Part shown: one piece after another, positions 55,482 through 64,000 of the stretch
How the letters are laid out: each line of letters starts with the position of its first letter
Position numbering within the stretch: position 1 is the stretch's first letter
DNA from: Alphaproteobacteria bacterium
Lineage (GTDB): Bacteria; Pseudomonadota; Alphaproteobacteria; UBA8366
Length of the DNA stretch: 64,000 nt
Direction of reading: 5' to 3'
Assembly (NCBI GenBank): GCA_965206405.1
Contig: CBDBJQ010000006.1
Coordinates: forward strand, 857,764 to 921,763
The notes under the pieces: generated by a model
Told to the model about the DNA's origin: nothing
The model's input: only the letters and a program-made list of their open reading frames with translations
The model's database searches: none
Translations under genes and position numbers: made by a program

Positions 55482-55991
55482 ATGCCCATGCTCTACATTC
55501 TGCGCCATGCCAAGGCCGCCGCGCTCGCGGCGGGTGCCGAGGATTTTGACCGTCCACTGGCTGAAAGGGGCATCGAGGATGCCGCTGCGCTCGGGCAGCG
55601 GTTGGGGGATGAGGGATTCGCCCCGGCGTTGGTCCTGTGTTCGGCGGCTCGCAGGGCACGCGAAACCCTGGCCGGGATCCTGCCCGGCATCGAGGGTGAG
55701 TGCCATATCGAGATCCGGGCCGACCTTTACACCTTCAATGCGAATGCGGTGCTGTATCGCGTATCGGAGCTTCCGGCCGATATCGGGTCGGTTCTGGTTG
55801 TCGGGCACAACCCCGCTCTCGAAGAGACTGCGCGGGTGTTGGCGGGACACGGCGCAACGGGCGCCATGATAGCGCTGGGGAAAAGTTTTCCGACCTGCGC
55901 CTTTGCCGAACTTTCCGTAGCCGGGGATTCCTGGTCGTCGCTGGGCCCGAAATCAGCCGCCCTGGAGCGGCTGATCACGCCCGACCGGTAG
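55482..55991 (+). CDS. sixA: Histidine phosphatase family protein (SixA-like)
   Basis: 169 aa: MPMLYILRHAKA...RPLAERG...CSAARRARET...VVGHNP. Confidence 0.75.
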   Translation: MPMLYILRHAKAAALAAGAEDFDRPLAERGIEDAAALGQRLGDEGFAPALVLCSAARRARETLAGILPGIEGECHIEIRADLYTFNANAVLYRVSELPADIGSVLVVGHNPALEETARVLAGHGATGAMIALGKSFPTCAFAELSVAGDSWSSLGPKSAALERLITPDR

Positions 55992-56055
55992 CGTCCTGCT
56001 CCGTACAGCGGCCAGCGAGCGGCGCGTTCCCGCCGCGCGGCGTTGCGGCCGTGCG

Positions 56056-56835
56056 CTACATTGTGCTGTTGAAGGCTCCACCGTCGAGAAGCAGGTTCTG
56101 CCCGGTGATGAAGCCCGATTGAGCAGAACAGAGGAACGCGCAAGCATCGCCGAACTCTTCTGCGGTGCCAAACCGGCCGGCCGGGTTTTCCGAGGCTCGA
56201 AGCTCGCACATTTCCTCGAAGGTCGTTCCCGCCTTCTCTGCCTGCACCCGCATGTTGTGATGCAGCCGGTCGGTCGCGAAGGGACCGGGCAGGATGTTGT
56301 TGATGGTAACGTTATGCCGCACCGTCTTGCGGGCGATGCCGGCCATGAATCCGGTGAGGCCCGCCCGTGCGCCGTTGGACAGCCCGAGGATGTCGATCGG
56401 GGATCTCACCGCCGCCGAGGTGATATTGACGATGCGGCCGAACTTGCGGTCGAGCATGCCGTCGACCGTCGCTTTCATCAGGAAGATCGCGGTCAGCATG
56501 TTGGCGTCCAGTGCCTTGATCCAGTCATCGCGTTCCCAGTCGCGGAAATCGCCCGGCGGTGGCCCACCGGCGTTGTTGACCAGGATATCGGGGTTCGGGC
56601 AGGTATCCAGCACCGCCTTGCGTCCCTCTTCGGTCGTGATATCGGTGGCAACGGTGGTTACCTCGACGCCGGTCTCGGAGCGGATGTCCTCGGCCGTGGT
56701 CTCAAGTGCATCGGCGGTCCTGCTGTTGATCACCAGCGCTACGCCTTCACGGGCGAGCGAGATCGCGCAGGCGCGGCCAAGCCCTTTCGATGCGGCGCAG
56801 ACGATGCCTTTCTTTCCGGAAATTCCGAAATCCAT
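56056..56835 (-). CDS. Short-chain dehydrogenase/reductase (SDR) family oxidoreductase
   Basis: 259 aa from ATG 56835 (AAGGA upstream): GKKGIVCAASKGLGRA..., NNAGG, IVNITSAA... The substrate is not inferable. Confidence 0.85.
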   Translation of the reverse strand: MDFGISGKKGIVCAASKGLGRACAISLAREGVALVINSRTADALETTAEDIRSETGVEVTTVATDITTEEGRKAVLDTCPNPDILVNNAGGPPPGDFRDWERDDWIKALDANMLTAIFLMKATVDGMLDRKFGRIVNITSAAVRSPIDILGLSNGARAGLTGFMAGIARKTVRHNVTINNILPGPFATDRLHHNMRVQAEKAGTTFEEMCELRASENPAGRFGTAEEFGDACAFLCSAQSGFITGQNLLLDGGAFNSTM

Positions 56836-56935
56836 GTCGTATTCCTTCTGTGATCGGCTGGCGGCCGCATCCATATTGTATGGCCGGATGCTATGTGGCC
56901 CGGCGCTGGCATCCGGCAAGGGCAGGGAGGCGTCG

Positions 56936-57661
56936 TCAGGCTTGGCAGTCGCCCCGTTTCTCTGACAGGGCCTCGTCATCGGGCAATCCCTCAAATACTG
57001 CGCGGGCCAGCGGGATGGTGATGCGGCTTTGTTGCGACAGCGCCGCTCGGTCGAGCGTCCGGGCCATCGTCACAACAGCTTCGAAGGATCGCTCGATGCG
57101 GGCCAGGAGATAGCGGATCACCGCTGAATCGATTTCGATTCCCATATCGCGGAAGACCTTGGTGAACACGGCTTCCAGTAGCTCGTCGTCAGGTGCTGTG
57201 ATTTCGGCAGCCGGTGCGGCGGTGAAGCGGGATGACAGATCCGGTAGGTCGATATTCCAGCGGGCCGGTGGTTCGCGGGCGGCGATCAGTATGTGGCCAC
57301 CAAGTTCGGCTGCAGTGTTGTAGAGGTGGAGCAGGGCAGTCTCCCTGGCATCGCCGACGATGCCGTCGATGATGCAGGTGCGCTGCGCCTCGAGAAGATC
57401 GTGCGGAGGGGTGCTGTCGATATCTTCAGTCGTCAGGCGGGAAGCCTGTGTGCGGTGACGCCAGACCTGGGCGAGGTGAGTTTTTCCGCAACCTGTCGGT
57501 CCGTAAACGATGAGTGCGGGGCTCGGCCAGTCAGGCCATGCGTCGATCCATCTGATTGCCTCGCTGTTGCAGGCGTTGACCAGAAAATCTTCCCGGCCCA
57601 GGGCCGGCCTGTGGGGAAAGGTGAAGGCGAGTTGCCGGTTTCGGGATATCTGCCTCGCCAC
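56936..57661 (-). CDS. hdaA: DnaA regulatory inactivator HdaA
   Basis: 241 aa with a GTG start: RQLAFTFPHRPALGREDFLV...YGPTGCGKTHL (Walker A) ...DELLEAVFTKVFRDMGIEI. Confidence 0.85.
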   Translation of the reverse strand: MARQISRNRQLAFTFPHRPALGREDFLVNACNSEAIRWIDAWPDWPSPALIVYGPTGCGKTHLAQVWRHRTQASRLTTEDIDSTPPHDLLEAQRTCIIDGIVGDARETALLHLYNTAAELGGHILIAAREPPARWNIDLPDLSSRFTAAPAAEITAPDDELLEAVFTKVFRDMGIEIDSAVIRYLLARIERSFEAVVTMARTLDRAALSQQSRITIPLARAVFEGLPDDEALSEKRGDCQA

Positions 57662-57664
57662 CGA

Positions 57665-58768
57665 TCAGGCTCCGTCGGCGTCCCCGGTTTTTGAATTTCC
57701 CGGATTCCTAGCCTTCGCGCCGTCGCCATAAAGGGGGCTGGCAAGATAGCGGGCGAGGGAAAAGCGGATCAGGACACCAAGCACCGCGGCGACCGGAACG
57801 GCAATGAGAATGCCGGTGAAACCAAATAAAGCACCGCCGGCCATGAGCGCGAAAATGATCCAGATCGGATGCAGATTGATTTTCTTTCCGACGATCCGGG
57901 GCGTGAGGAAGTTGCCTTCCAGAACCTGGCCGATAATGAAGACCCCGGCCACGATGGCGACCTCGGTGAAGCTCCCGAAATGCGCCACCGCGATCCCCAT
58001 GCCGACAGCGAATCCGGCGAGCATGCCAACGAAGGGAATGAAGCAGAGAAAACCCGTAACCAGGCCGATGACGGCGCCGAACGGCAGCTGCGCTGCAGTC
58101 AATCCGGCGGCGTAGAACAGGCCCAGCAACAGGCAGACAATGAATTGGCCTCGCATGAAGCCCGAGAGCATGCGGTCGACTTCCCGCACCTGTTCGCGAA
58201 TTACCGGCGCCTGGCGGCGCGGCAGCCAACCGTTGATGACCGAGATCAGCCGGTCCCAGTCGCGCAGGAGATAAAAGGTCACAACCGGTGTGACGATGAG
58301 GAGGGCCACGAGGTTAAACAGTGTTTCGAAACCGGTTGCGACCCGGAGCAGAAAGTCGCCGAGGATCTTCAGGGCGTCGCCGGCGTATTTTTCGGCTACA
58401 TCCCAGAGTTTTGTGGAAGCTTCCCCTTCGCCAATGCCCATGCGTTCGAGCAGGGGAGCCGCCTTGTCCCGGACAGCGGCGCCGATGTTTGGAACCTGTG
58501 CGATCAGGTCGGTTATCTGGGCGTAGAGTACCGGTATCAGCAGGGCGGCAACGACGCCGCTGGTGACAAAGAAAACAATGGTGACGATGGTGGTCGCCAT
58601 TGTTCGCGAACAGCCCCGCTCCTCAAGCCAGTCGCAGACCGGATCGATGAGATAAGCGATCACCAGGCCGACCACGAAGGGCAGCAGGATTGCCTCGAAC
58701 AGAATCAGGAGCACAAAAAACGCGGCGCCGATGACGAGCCAAACGAGAGTTCGGTTGCGGGCGCTCAT
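57665..58768 (-). CDS. AI-2E family transporter (PerM-like permease)
   Basis: 367 aa, polytopic: ...ILLPFVVGLVIAYLIDP...FIPFVGMLAGF...GALFGFTGILIAVPVAA. Confidence 0.85.
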   Translation of the reverse strand: MSARNRTLVWLVIGAAFFVLLILFEAILLPFVVGLVIAYLIDPVCDWLEERGCSRTMATTIVTIVFFVTSGVVAALLIPVLYAQITDLIAQVPNIGAAVRDKAAPLLERMGIGEGEASTKLWDVAEKYAGDALKILGDFLLRVATGFETLFNLVALLIVTPVVTFYLLRDWDRLISVINGWLPRRQAPVIREQVREVDRMLSGFMRGQFIVCLLLGLFYAAGLTAAQLPFGAVIGLVTGFLCFIPFVGMLAGFAVGMGIAVAHFGSFTEVAIVAGVFIIGQVLEGNFLTPRIVGKKINLHPIWIIFALMAGGALFGFTGILIAVPVAAVLGVLIRFSLARYLASPLYGDGAKARNPGNSKTGDADGA

Positions 58769-59442
58769 GGCTGATCCTCCTCTACGGAAATCTTGGCGGT
58801 CGGGATCGCTGTGGCCGTGGCTGTCGCTGTCACAGCTGTCGTGGCCGCAGCTGTCGTGGCCGCAGCTGTTGCGGCCCCAGCTGCCGCAGTCGGGGCTGCC
58901 ATTGCCGGTGCCTCGAATCCGGACACCCAGCGGACTAGATACAGAATTCCCGACAGGATCGTCGTCAGTGCCGTGGCATAGACCAGAACCGCGATGACGA
59001 TGACCGGCACCAGGCCGAATCCGGTATCGGCAAGCACGGCGCCTGCCAGGATGACCTGGATCACGGTGTTGAGCTTGCTTGTGAAGATTGGCTCGATGCG
59101 AATAGCGAGAGAGAGAATGTAGGACAGGGCGACTCCGCCAAGGATGAGAATGTCACGGATGACGATCAGGCAGACCAGCCACCAGTCGATCTGTCCGATA
59201 TAGCCGAGGGCGGTATAGGCGGCGACGAGGAGCATCTTGTCGGCCAGTGGGTCGAGACGGGTTCCAAGTTCAGTGATGGCACCGAAACGTTTGGCGATGT
59301 AACCGTCGAGCGCGTCGGTGAACCCTGCGGTGATGAAGAGCCAGAACGCGGCGATCGCATGACCGGACAGCAGCAACCACATGATGATCGGAACCATCAG
59401 GATGCGTAGGATGGTGAGGATGTTTGGAAGGGTGCCGGCCAT
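58765..59442 (-). CDS. CDP-alcohol phosphatidyltransferase (PgsA-like) with an Ala/Thr repeat tail
   Basis: 225 aa from ATG 59442 (TTG 59445 in the track). Signature DALDGYIAKRFGAITELGTRLDPLADK. The C-terminal tail is AAPTAAAGAATAAATTAAATTAVTATATATA. Confidence 0.88.
   Translation of the reverse strand: MAGTLPNILTILRILMVPIIMWLLLSGHAIAAFWLFITAGFTDALDGYIAKRFGAITELGTRLDPLADKMLLVAAYTALGYIGQIDWWLVCLIVIRDILILGGVALSYILSLAIRIEPIFTSKLNTVIQVILAGAVLADTGFGLVPVIVIAVLVYATALTTILSGILYLVRWVSGFEAPAMAAPTAAAGAATAAATTAAATTAVTATATATAIPTAKISVEEDQP
58834..58908. repeat. 15-bp tandem repeat (2 perfect plus 3 degenerate copies) in the 3' end of the PgsA-like gene
   Basis: agctgtcgtggccgc x2 (58834-58863), then agctgttgcggcccc, agctgccgcagtcgg, ggctgccattgccgg. 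Confidence 0.85.
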
Positions 59443-60713
59443 CAACTCTGTGCTTTCTTTGGCCGGTTTTGCTGTTTCTTTTCCTGTTTTTTGCGCAGCG
59501 GGTCGTGGAGAATGTACGCACCGGTGTCGGCATCGACGGTGATGGTGATACCGAGCTGAATCATTGCCTGCTTGAGCGCGGCCAGCTCGCCGGCATGGCG
59601 CAGCCTGACCTGCGCTTCCGAGGTGGACAGGCTGTCGACGGTGAGCGCGACGACCGGCGGCAGGGACTCCAGTTGCGCGCGCAGGGAGACCCAGCTGGAC
59701 AGCGAGTTCAGCGGGATGCGCAACAGGATGTTCGATTCCTTGTTGAGGGCGATCAATGTGCGCTGCTTCCAGTCATCGGATAGGTGGGTCGCAAGGGCAT
59801 CGGCGATCTCGTACAGCGCGGGGCCGAGTTCAGAGTCCGCCGGGATTTTCCGGGTCGGCATCGCGATCTTTGTCACCGGGGCGTAGTGCAAGACCGAGGC
59901 GGAAATGGTGTCGGGCCGTTTTCGCAACCCGCGCCGGTGCCTGGCCTGAATCACCAGGACCTGTTTGGCCCGGTATTTTCGGGCAATCGCCGCAAGAGAG
60001 GCGTCCTCTCCCCGCAGTGCCTGCCGGGCGTTGATGATGCTGATATCGGAAAAATTGCCTTCCGGCACCAATAGCGGCATCAACCGGTCGCCCTGCGGCA
60101 GGTCACGCCATGCCGCCAGCCATGGATTGGATGCATCCCATAGGAAGGTTGCGCCTGCAGCCTGGTAGACGGGAAGGACGAGAACCGGCCTGCTAACCGT
60201 TTCGGAGAATGGGATATTGGCGCCCTGGAGCCAGTCGCGCACCGCCTTTTTGTGGAATCGCACGGTCAGCTTGGCGATATAGCGACCACCGCCGTATTTC
60301 TCCTCATCGACGGTGTAGTCGCGGATCGTGGTGCGCACCACGCCGGCATTGATTTCCGGCAGTTTGTCGCGGTCGGCGGCCAGGGTGATGCGCTCGATCA
60401 GGGTTTCAAGGGCCTGGCGCTGGCCCGTGAGGGTCGCTTCCTGCTTGGCGGCAAGTTCGTCGAGCGCCCTCTGGTCGACCTCGATGGGCGTCACCGTGTA
60501 AGGGTCGCGTGGCTCCCATGGCTGCTGGGCTTGCCCGGGAGCGGCCCCGCAGAGGAGTCCGGCAAGCATTACAACGACGATACCAACGGCGACACCAATG
60601 GTCGGGATGGTCTTCGGGAAGGGGTCGGGACAAGCTCGCCGCGGCCCGGGAAGCGGTGCCGTTGATGCGTTGCAAACGCTTGCGGAAGCAGTATCTTCGG
60701 GCCTTGGTGACAT
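59442..60713 (-). CDS. Conserved exported/membrane-anchored protein (DUF2066-like), divergent from purM
   Basis: A 423-aa ORF with one hydrophobic span (TIPTIGVAVGIVVVMLAGLLCGAAPGQAQQ) and a long soluble domain. This arrangement next to purM is common in alphaproteobacteria. The family call is from memory of that synteny, and the start is uncertain (60713 or 60569). Confidence 0.6.
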   Translation of the reverse strand: MSPRPEDTASASVCNASTAPLPGPRRACPDPFPKTIPTIGVAVGIVVVMLAGLLCGAAPGQAQQPWEPRDPYTVTPIEVDQRALDELAAKQEATLTGQRQALETLIERITLAADRDKLPEINAGVVRTTIRDYTVDEEKYGGGRYIAKLTVRFHKKAVRDWLQGANIPFSETVSRPVLVLPVYQAAGATFLWDASNPWLAAWRDLPQGDRLMPLLVPEGNFSDISIINARQALRGEDASLAAIARKYRAKQVLVIQARHRRGLRKRPDTISASVLHYAPVTKIAMPTRKIPADSELGPALYEIADALATHLSDDWKQRTLIALNKESNILLRIPLNSLSSWVSLRAQLESLPPVVALTVDSLSTSEAQVRLRHAGELAALKQAMIQLGITITVDADTGAYILHDPLRKKQEKKQQNRPKKAQS

Positions 60714-61810
60714 GTTGCGGCTTATACAAAGTTCTTGGTGAGGATGCCATAGTTCCTAAGCAGCCCGGCGCCTCGCTGACCTATGCGGATGCGGGAGTCG
60801 ATATTGATGCCGCGGCGCGCTTGGTTGACCGGATCGAGCCGCTCGCCCGGGCTACGGCACGGCCGGGATCGGAAGCCAGCCTCGGCGGTTTCGGGGGGCT
60901 TTTCGACCTCAAAGCCGCGGGTTTTACGGATCCGCTTCTGGTCGCCGGCACTGACGGTGTCGGCACCAAGCTGAAAATTGCTTTCGAAACCGGAATCCAC
61001 GACACCGTCGGCATCGATCTTGTCGCGATGTGCGTCAACGATGTTGTGGTGCAAGGCGCAGAGCCGCTCCTGTTTCTGGATTATTTCGCCGTCGGCCATC
61101 TCGATACCGAGGTTACCGAGGCTGTGATCGGTGGCATTGCCGCCGGATGCCAGACTGCCGGTTGCGCCCTGATCGGCGGTGAGACCGCAGAGATGCCGGG
61201 CATGTACCCCGAAGGGGAATATGACCTCGGTGGTTTCGCCCTTGGTGCTGTCGAGCGCGATGCGTTGCTCACCGGAACCTCGGCGCGGGCCGGTGATGTC
61301 GTTCTGGGTCTTGCTTCGAACGGCCTGCATGCAAACGGCTATTCTCTGGTGCGCCATCTCGTCGGGCAACGTGACTTCGACCTTGCTGCGCCAGCGCCTT
61401 TTGAGAACGACCAGACCCTTGGCGCGGCCCTCCTGGAGCCCACCCGAATCTATGTGCGATCCTGTCTTGCCGCACTGCGTACCGGCGGGGTTTCCGCGTT
61501 GGCGCACGTGACCGGGGGTGGGCTGGTGAACAATCTTGCCCGGACCTTGCCGACGGAGCTGGGCATCGCGTTGGTGCGCGGCAGTTGGCCGGAGCTCCCG
61601 GTGTTCTCCTGGATTCGTGAGGCCGGCCAAGTCAGCGAGGAGGAGATGATCCGCACATTCAACATGGGGATCGGCATGACGGCAGTAACTCCGGCGGACG
61701 CCGCCAACCAGGTCATCAAGGCATTCGAGGAGGCCGGGGAGACAGTGTTTCGCATCGGCACGGTCACGGCGGGCCAGGCCACCGATGCCAGGGTCGCCTT
61801 CGGGCGCTGA
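60707..61810 (+). CDS. purM: Phosphoribosylformylglycinamidine cyclo-ligase (AIR synthetase)
   Basis: LTYADAGVDIDAA...GGFGGLFDL...AGTDGVGTKLKIA...DLVAMCVNDVV... The start is uncertain: GTG 60707, TTG 60704 or ATG 60665. No canonical start lies closer to the conserved LTYADAG. Confidence 0.9.
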   Translation: MTCCGLYKVLGEDAIVPKQPGASLTYADAGVDIDAAARLVDRIEPLARATARPGSEASLGGFGGLFDLKAAGFTDPLLVAGTDGVGTKLKIAFETGIHDTVGIDLVAMCVNDVVVQGAEPLLFLDYFAVGHLDTEVTEAVIGGIAAGCQTAGCALIGGETAEMPGMYPEGEYDLGGFALGAVERDALLTGTSARAGDVVLGLASNGLHANGYSLVRHLVGQRDFDLAAPAPFENDQTLGAALLEPTRIYVRSCLAALRTGGVSALAHVTGGGLVNNLARTLPTELGIALVRGSWPELPVFSWIREAGQVSEEEMIRTFNMGIGMTAVTPADAANQVIKAFEEAGETVFRIGTVTAGQATDARVAFGR

Positions 61811-61815
61811 TTTCG

Positions 61816-62475
61816 ATGGCGAAGCGGCTACGTGTTGCGGTGCTGGCTTCCGGACGGGGAAGCAATCTTCAGGCCCTGATCGATGCCTGCGCGGATGCCG
61901 CGTTCCCGGCCGATATCGTCTGTGTAATCGTGAACGAGCCGGATGCCTTTGCCGCCGAGCGGGCCCGCAACGCCGGCATCGCCGCGATTGTCGTTCCGCA
62001 CCGGGACTATGACTCACGCGAGGCGTTCGAGTCGGCCCTCGACCATGAACTCCGTGCGGCTGCCACGGAACTGATCGTCCTGGCCGGCTTCATGCGCCTG
62101 CTGACGGCGGATTTTGTTGCGGCGTGGCCGGATCGGCTGGTTAACATCCATCCATCTCTGCTGCCGGCGTTCAAGGGGCTCGATACGCATCATCGCGCGC
62201 TCGACGCCGGGGTTTGCTTCACCGGCTGCACCGTGCATTTCGTTCGCCCGGACATGGACAGCGGTCCGATTATTGTTCAGGCTGCGGTTCCGATCCTCGC
62301 AGACGACGATGAAGAGGCTCTGGCGGCGAGGGTTCTGGAGCAGGAGCATGCAATCTATCCGCTGGCGGTGCGATTGATCGCCGAAGGCCGAGTCTCCCTC
62401 GGTGCCGATGACCGGGTAGTGATCGCGGGTGCGATGGGTCCACCGCCGCCGCCGGCCGTCAACCTGGCATCGTAA
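61816..62475 (+). CDS. purN: Phosphoribosylglycinamide formyltransferase
   Basis: 219 aa: RVAVLASGRGSNLQALIDA...VLAGFMRLL...NIHPSLLPAFKG...TGCTVHFV..D.GPII. Confidence 0.94.
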   Translation: MAKRLRVAVLASGRGSNLQALIDACADAAFPADIVCVIVNEPDAFAAERARNAGIAAIVVPHRDYDSREAFESALDHELRAAATELIVLAGFMRLLTADFVAAWPDRLVNIHPSLLPAFKGLDTHHRALDAGVCFTGCTVHFVRPDMDSGPIIVQAAVPILADDDEEALAARVLEQEHAIYPLAVRLIAEGRVSLGADDRVVIAGAMGPPPPPAVNLAS

Positions 62476-62611
62476 TCCGGGTTGGTCATCCGGCATAGGC
62501 GGGTTGGCTCTTGATATAGCGGTGCCGTTCGAGGTTTTCTGCCAGGGAGCGGGCTGGTATACTCAGGGCCTGTAACACGCACGAAACACGGCGTGACGAA
62601 GGAGATTTTCG

Positions 62612-62746
62612 ATGGGACCGGAACTGCAGTATCGCAAGGCTCCGCAGGAGCAGCTTCAAACGTGGTCTCTGGTTCTCCGGATCTTCACATGGACCTCCAT
62701 CGGCGCCGCGATCGTGCTGTTGTTGATGGCCTGGTTCCTGGTCTGA
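62612..62746 (+). CDS. 44-aa single-TM protein (possibly aa3-type cytochrome oxidase subunit IV-like); absent from the ORF track
   Basis: ATG 62612 with AAGGAG ending 7 nt upstream: MGPELQYRKAPQEQLQTWSLVLRIFTWTSIGAAIVLLLMAWFLV, then TGA 62744-62746. It reads in a different frame from the 68-aa track ORF at 62593-62799. Confidence 0.5.
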   Translation: MGPELQYRKAPQEQLQTWSLVLRIFTWTSIGAAIVLLLMAWFLV

Positions 62747-62814
62747 GGACGATTGCGCTGCTGCTCAATGCGGCGGGACAGGTTTTGCCAGGACTTTAGG
62801 ACTGTAGCCGGGGC

Positions 62815-63252
62815 CTACCCGGCGTTGCACAGGTTGGCGAGTTCCATCCCGGAAAAGAAATAGGCGGTTTCCCACTCCGCAGTCTCCGGAGAATCGGAGC
62901 CGTGCACCGAGTTCGCCTCTATCGACTCCCCGAAATCCTTGCGGATCGTCTTGGGTTCGGCATTGGCCGGGTTGGTAGCCCCCATGATATCCCGGTTGCG
63001 CGCGATCGCATTCTCTCCCTCCAGCACTTGTATGACGACTGGGCCGGAGGACATGAACGTGCAGAGATCGTTGAAGAACGACCGCTCCTTGTGGACATGG
63101 TAGAAGGCCTCCACTTGCTGGCGGTCAAGACACATTCGTTTCTGGGCGAGGATACGGAGGCCCGCTTCCTCGAAGCGCATGTTGATTGCTCCCGTCAGAT
63201 TCCGCCGGGTTGCATCCGGCTTGATGATCGAGAGGGTGCGTTCGGTAGCCAT
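62815..63252 (-). CDS. ndk: Nucleoside diphosphate kinase
   Basis: 145 aa from ATG 63252: [23 protein letters not shown]...[18 protein letters not shown]...NSVHGSDS (active-site His). Confidence 0.95.
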   Translation of the reverse strand: MATERTLSIIKPDATRRNLTGAINMRFEEAGLRILAQKRMCLDRQQVEAFYHVHKERSFFNDLCTFMSSGPVVIQVLEGENAIARNRDIMGATNPANAEPKTIRKDFGESIEANSVHGSDSPETAEWETAYFFSGMELANLCNAG

Positions 63253-63459
63253 AGAGCAGATTCTCCAAGGTCGTTGCTTGTGCATATTCGCGCATATGTG
63301 CCAGCGCGATGGTTCCGCAGGGTCGCGTTTTCACCAGAGCGGTGTATGCGCGGGATTGTGTTTTTTAGGTTGCGTGTTTTCCGGAGTTTCTCGGAATGCG
63401 GGCGGTTTATAGGTGCGTGACCGAACTGCCGCAAGTATTGCCGCCAATGCAGCTTGCGC

Positions 63460-63939
63460 TTATTCCGACTTGTCGGCGGGCTTACCGGTTTCGTTGCGCA
63501 TTGACCATGCGCCCTGCTCGTCCTGTTGCCAGTAGGTTAGATGGAAGCCGGCCTCTCGCCAGGTTTTCCAGTCCTTGCGCGCCCCCTCAACGATATCGCC
63601 GTTGCGACCGTCGAAAAGCGTGCAGCAGAGGCTGTAGGCACCAGGATTGGCTGTCTTCGCGCCGTCGACGAGAAAGGCGATGTCGGCGCCGTTCGGATTT
63701 TCGTCCTCGCCGCTTAGCCAAACCGGCTGGCGCTCGGGAAAGCCGTCGGCCTTGCTTCCGTGCGGGAGAAAACTGTCACGGGAACTGGTCCAGAGTAGCA
63801 TGCTGAGCTGTTCCGCCCGCTCGTCCGAGCCGGCCAGGATGACCGCTTTTCGGGTCTGCTCGAGGACTTTCCCGATCAGCCGGGGTAGAACCGTCTCGAG
63901 TGGCGAGCGGGTCAGATGATAGAAGCGGATTTCGGTCAC
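63460..63939 (-). CDS. holC: DNA polymerase III subunit chi
   Basis: 159 aa with a GTG start: MTEIRFYHLTRSPLETVLPRLIGKVLEQTRKAVILAGSDERAEQLSMLLWT... It has the typical pepA-holC GTGA start/stop overlap. Confidence 0.85.
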   Translation of the reverse strand: MTEIRFYHLTRSPLETVLPRLIGKVLEQTRKAVILAGSDERAEQLSMLLWTSSRDSFLPHGSKADGFPERQPVWLSGEDENPNGADIAFLVDGAKTANPGAYSLCCTLFDGRNGDIVEGARKDWKTWREAGFHLTYWQQDEQGAWSMRNETGKPADKSE

Positions 63940-64000
63940 CGGCGCCGGGATGTCTCGCAGTTGTCGCGCACGAAGCGGTTGAGCAGCCGGACGCCAAACC
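63936..64000 (-). CDS. pepA: Leucyl aminopeptidase, 3' end only
   Basis: The minus frame reads FGVRLLNRFVRDNCETSRRR then TGA (63938-63936), overlapping the holC GTG. Only 20 codons are visible; the call rests on the C-terminal pattern and the pepA-holC synteny. Confidence 0.5.
   Translation of the reverse strand, partial: FGVRLLNRFVRDNCETSRRR

Noticed and set aside
62593-62799. 68-aa ORF from the track (MTKEIFDGTGTAVSQGSAGAASNVV...).
   Set aside because: It has no SD, a GTG start and a featureless composition. The overlapping 44-codon frame at 62612-62746 has a strong SD and a clean TM helix and is preferred.

Overview
GC-rich core-chromosome segment with alphaproteobacterial gene order. 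All calls are made by eye from the translated ORF track and the raw sequence; no searches were run. Positions 1 to 29,700 form one collinear + strand array: rplJ(3' end)-rplL, rpoB-rpoC, the str operon (rpsL-rpsG-fusA-tuf), then the S10, spc and alpha operons (rpsJ through rplQ, including secY and adk). The rest is housekeeping: an HtrA-family protease, rarA, crcB, an RluA-family pseudouridine synthase, an ATP12 chaperone, pccB / small 2TM protein / threonine aldolase / pccA, lipB, tRNA-Leu(GAG), mgtE, a CinA-like plus NPP-type phosphodiesterase pair, a ROK kinase, dinB, a 2-hydroxyacid dehydrogenase, aspS, rnd, ppx-ppk, sixA, an SDR, hdaA, an AI-2E permease, a PgsA-like transferase, a DUF2066-like protein, purM-purN, ndk, holC and the pepA 3' end. 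I found no transposase, integrase, CRISPR array, toxin-antitoxin pair, or recognisable defence or secretion system, so I cannot support a multi-gene novel system here. The most anomalous locus is the 1.5-kb rpoC-rpsL spacer. It carries an antisense, decayed-looking ORF with one in-frame TAG and a 9-bp in-frame tandem repeat. Its motifs loosely recall a receiver domain and a PilZ domain. A second recurring oddity is in-frame 15-bp (pentapeptide) tandem repeats. They build long acidic Ala/Glu/Thr/Pro tails on ribosomal proteins S5 and L3 (L15 also has a long charged tail) and an Ala/Thr tail on a membrane transferase. They also form a ladder of in-frame stop codons after a dehydrogenase gene. 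Smaller points are two exported proteins with no canonical start codon upstream of their signal peptides, an unlisted 44-codon membrane ORF with a strong SD, and a lineage-specific beta-prime insertion. Start codons were often moved inward from the ORF-track coordinates and are less certain than stops.
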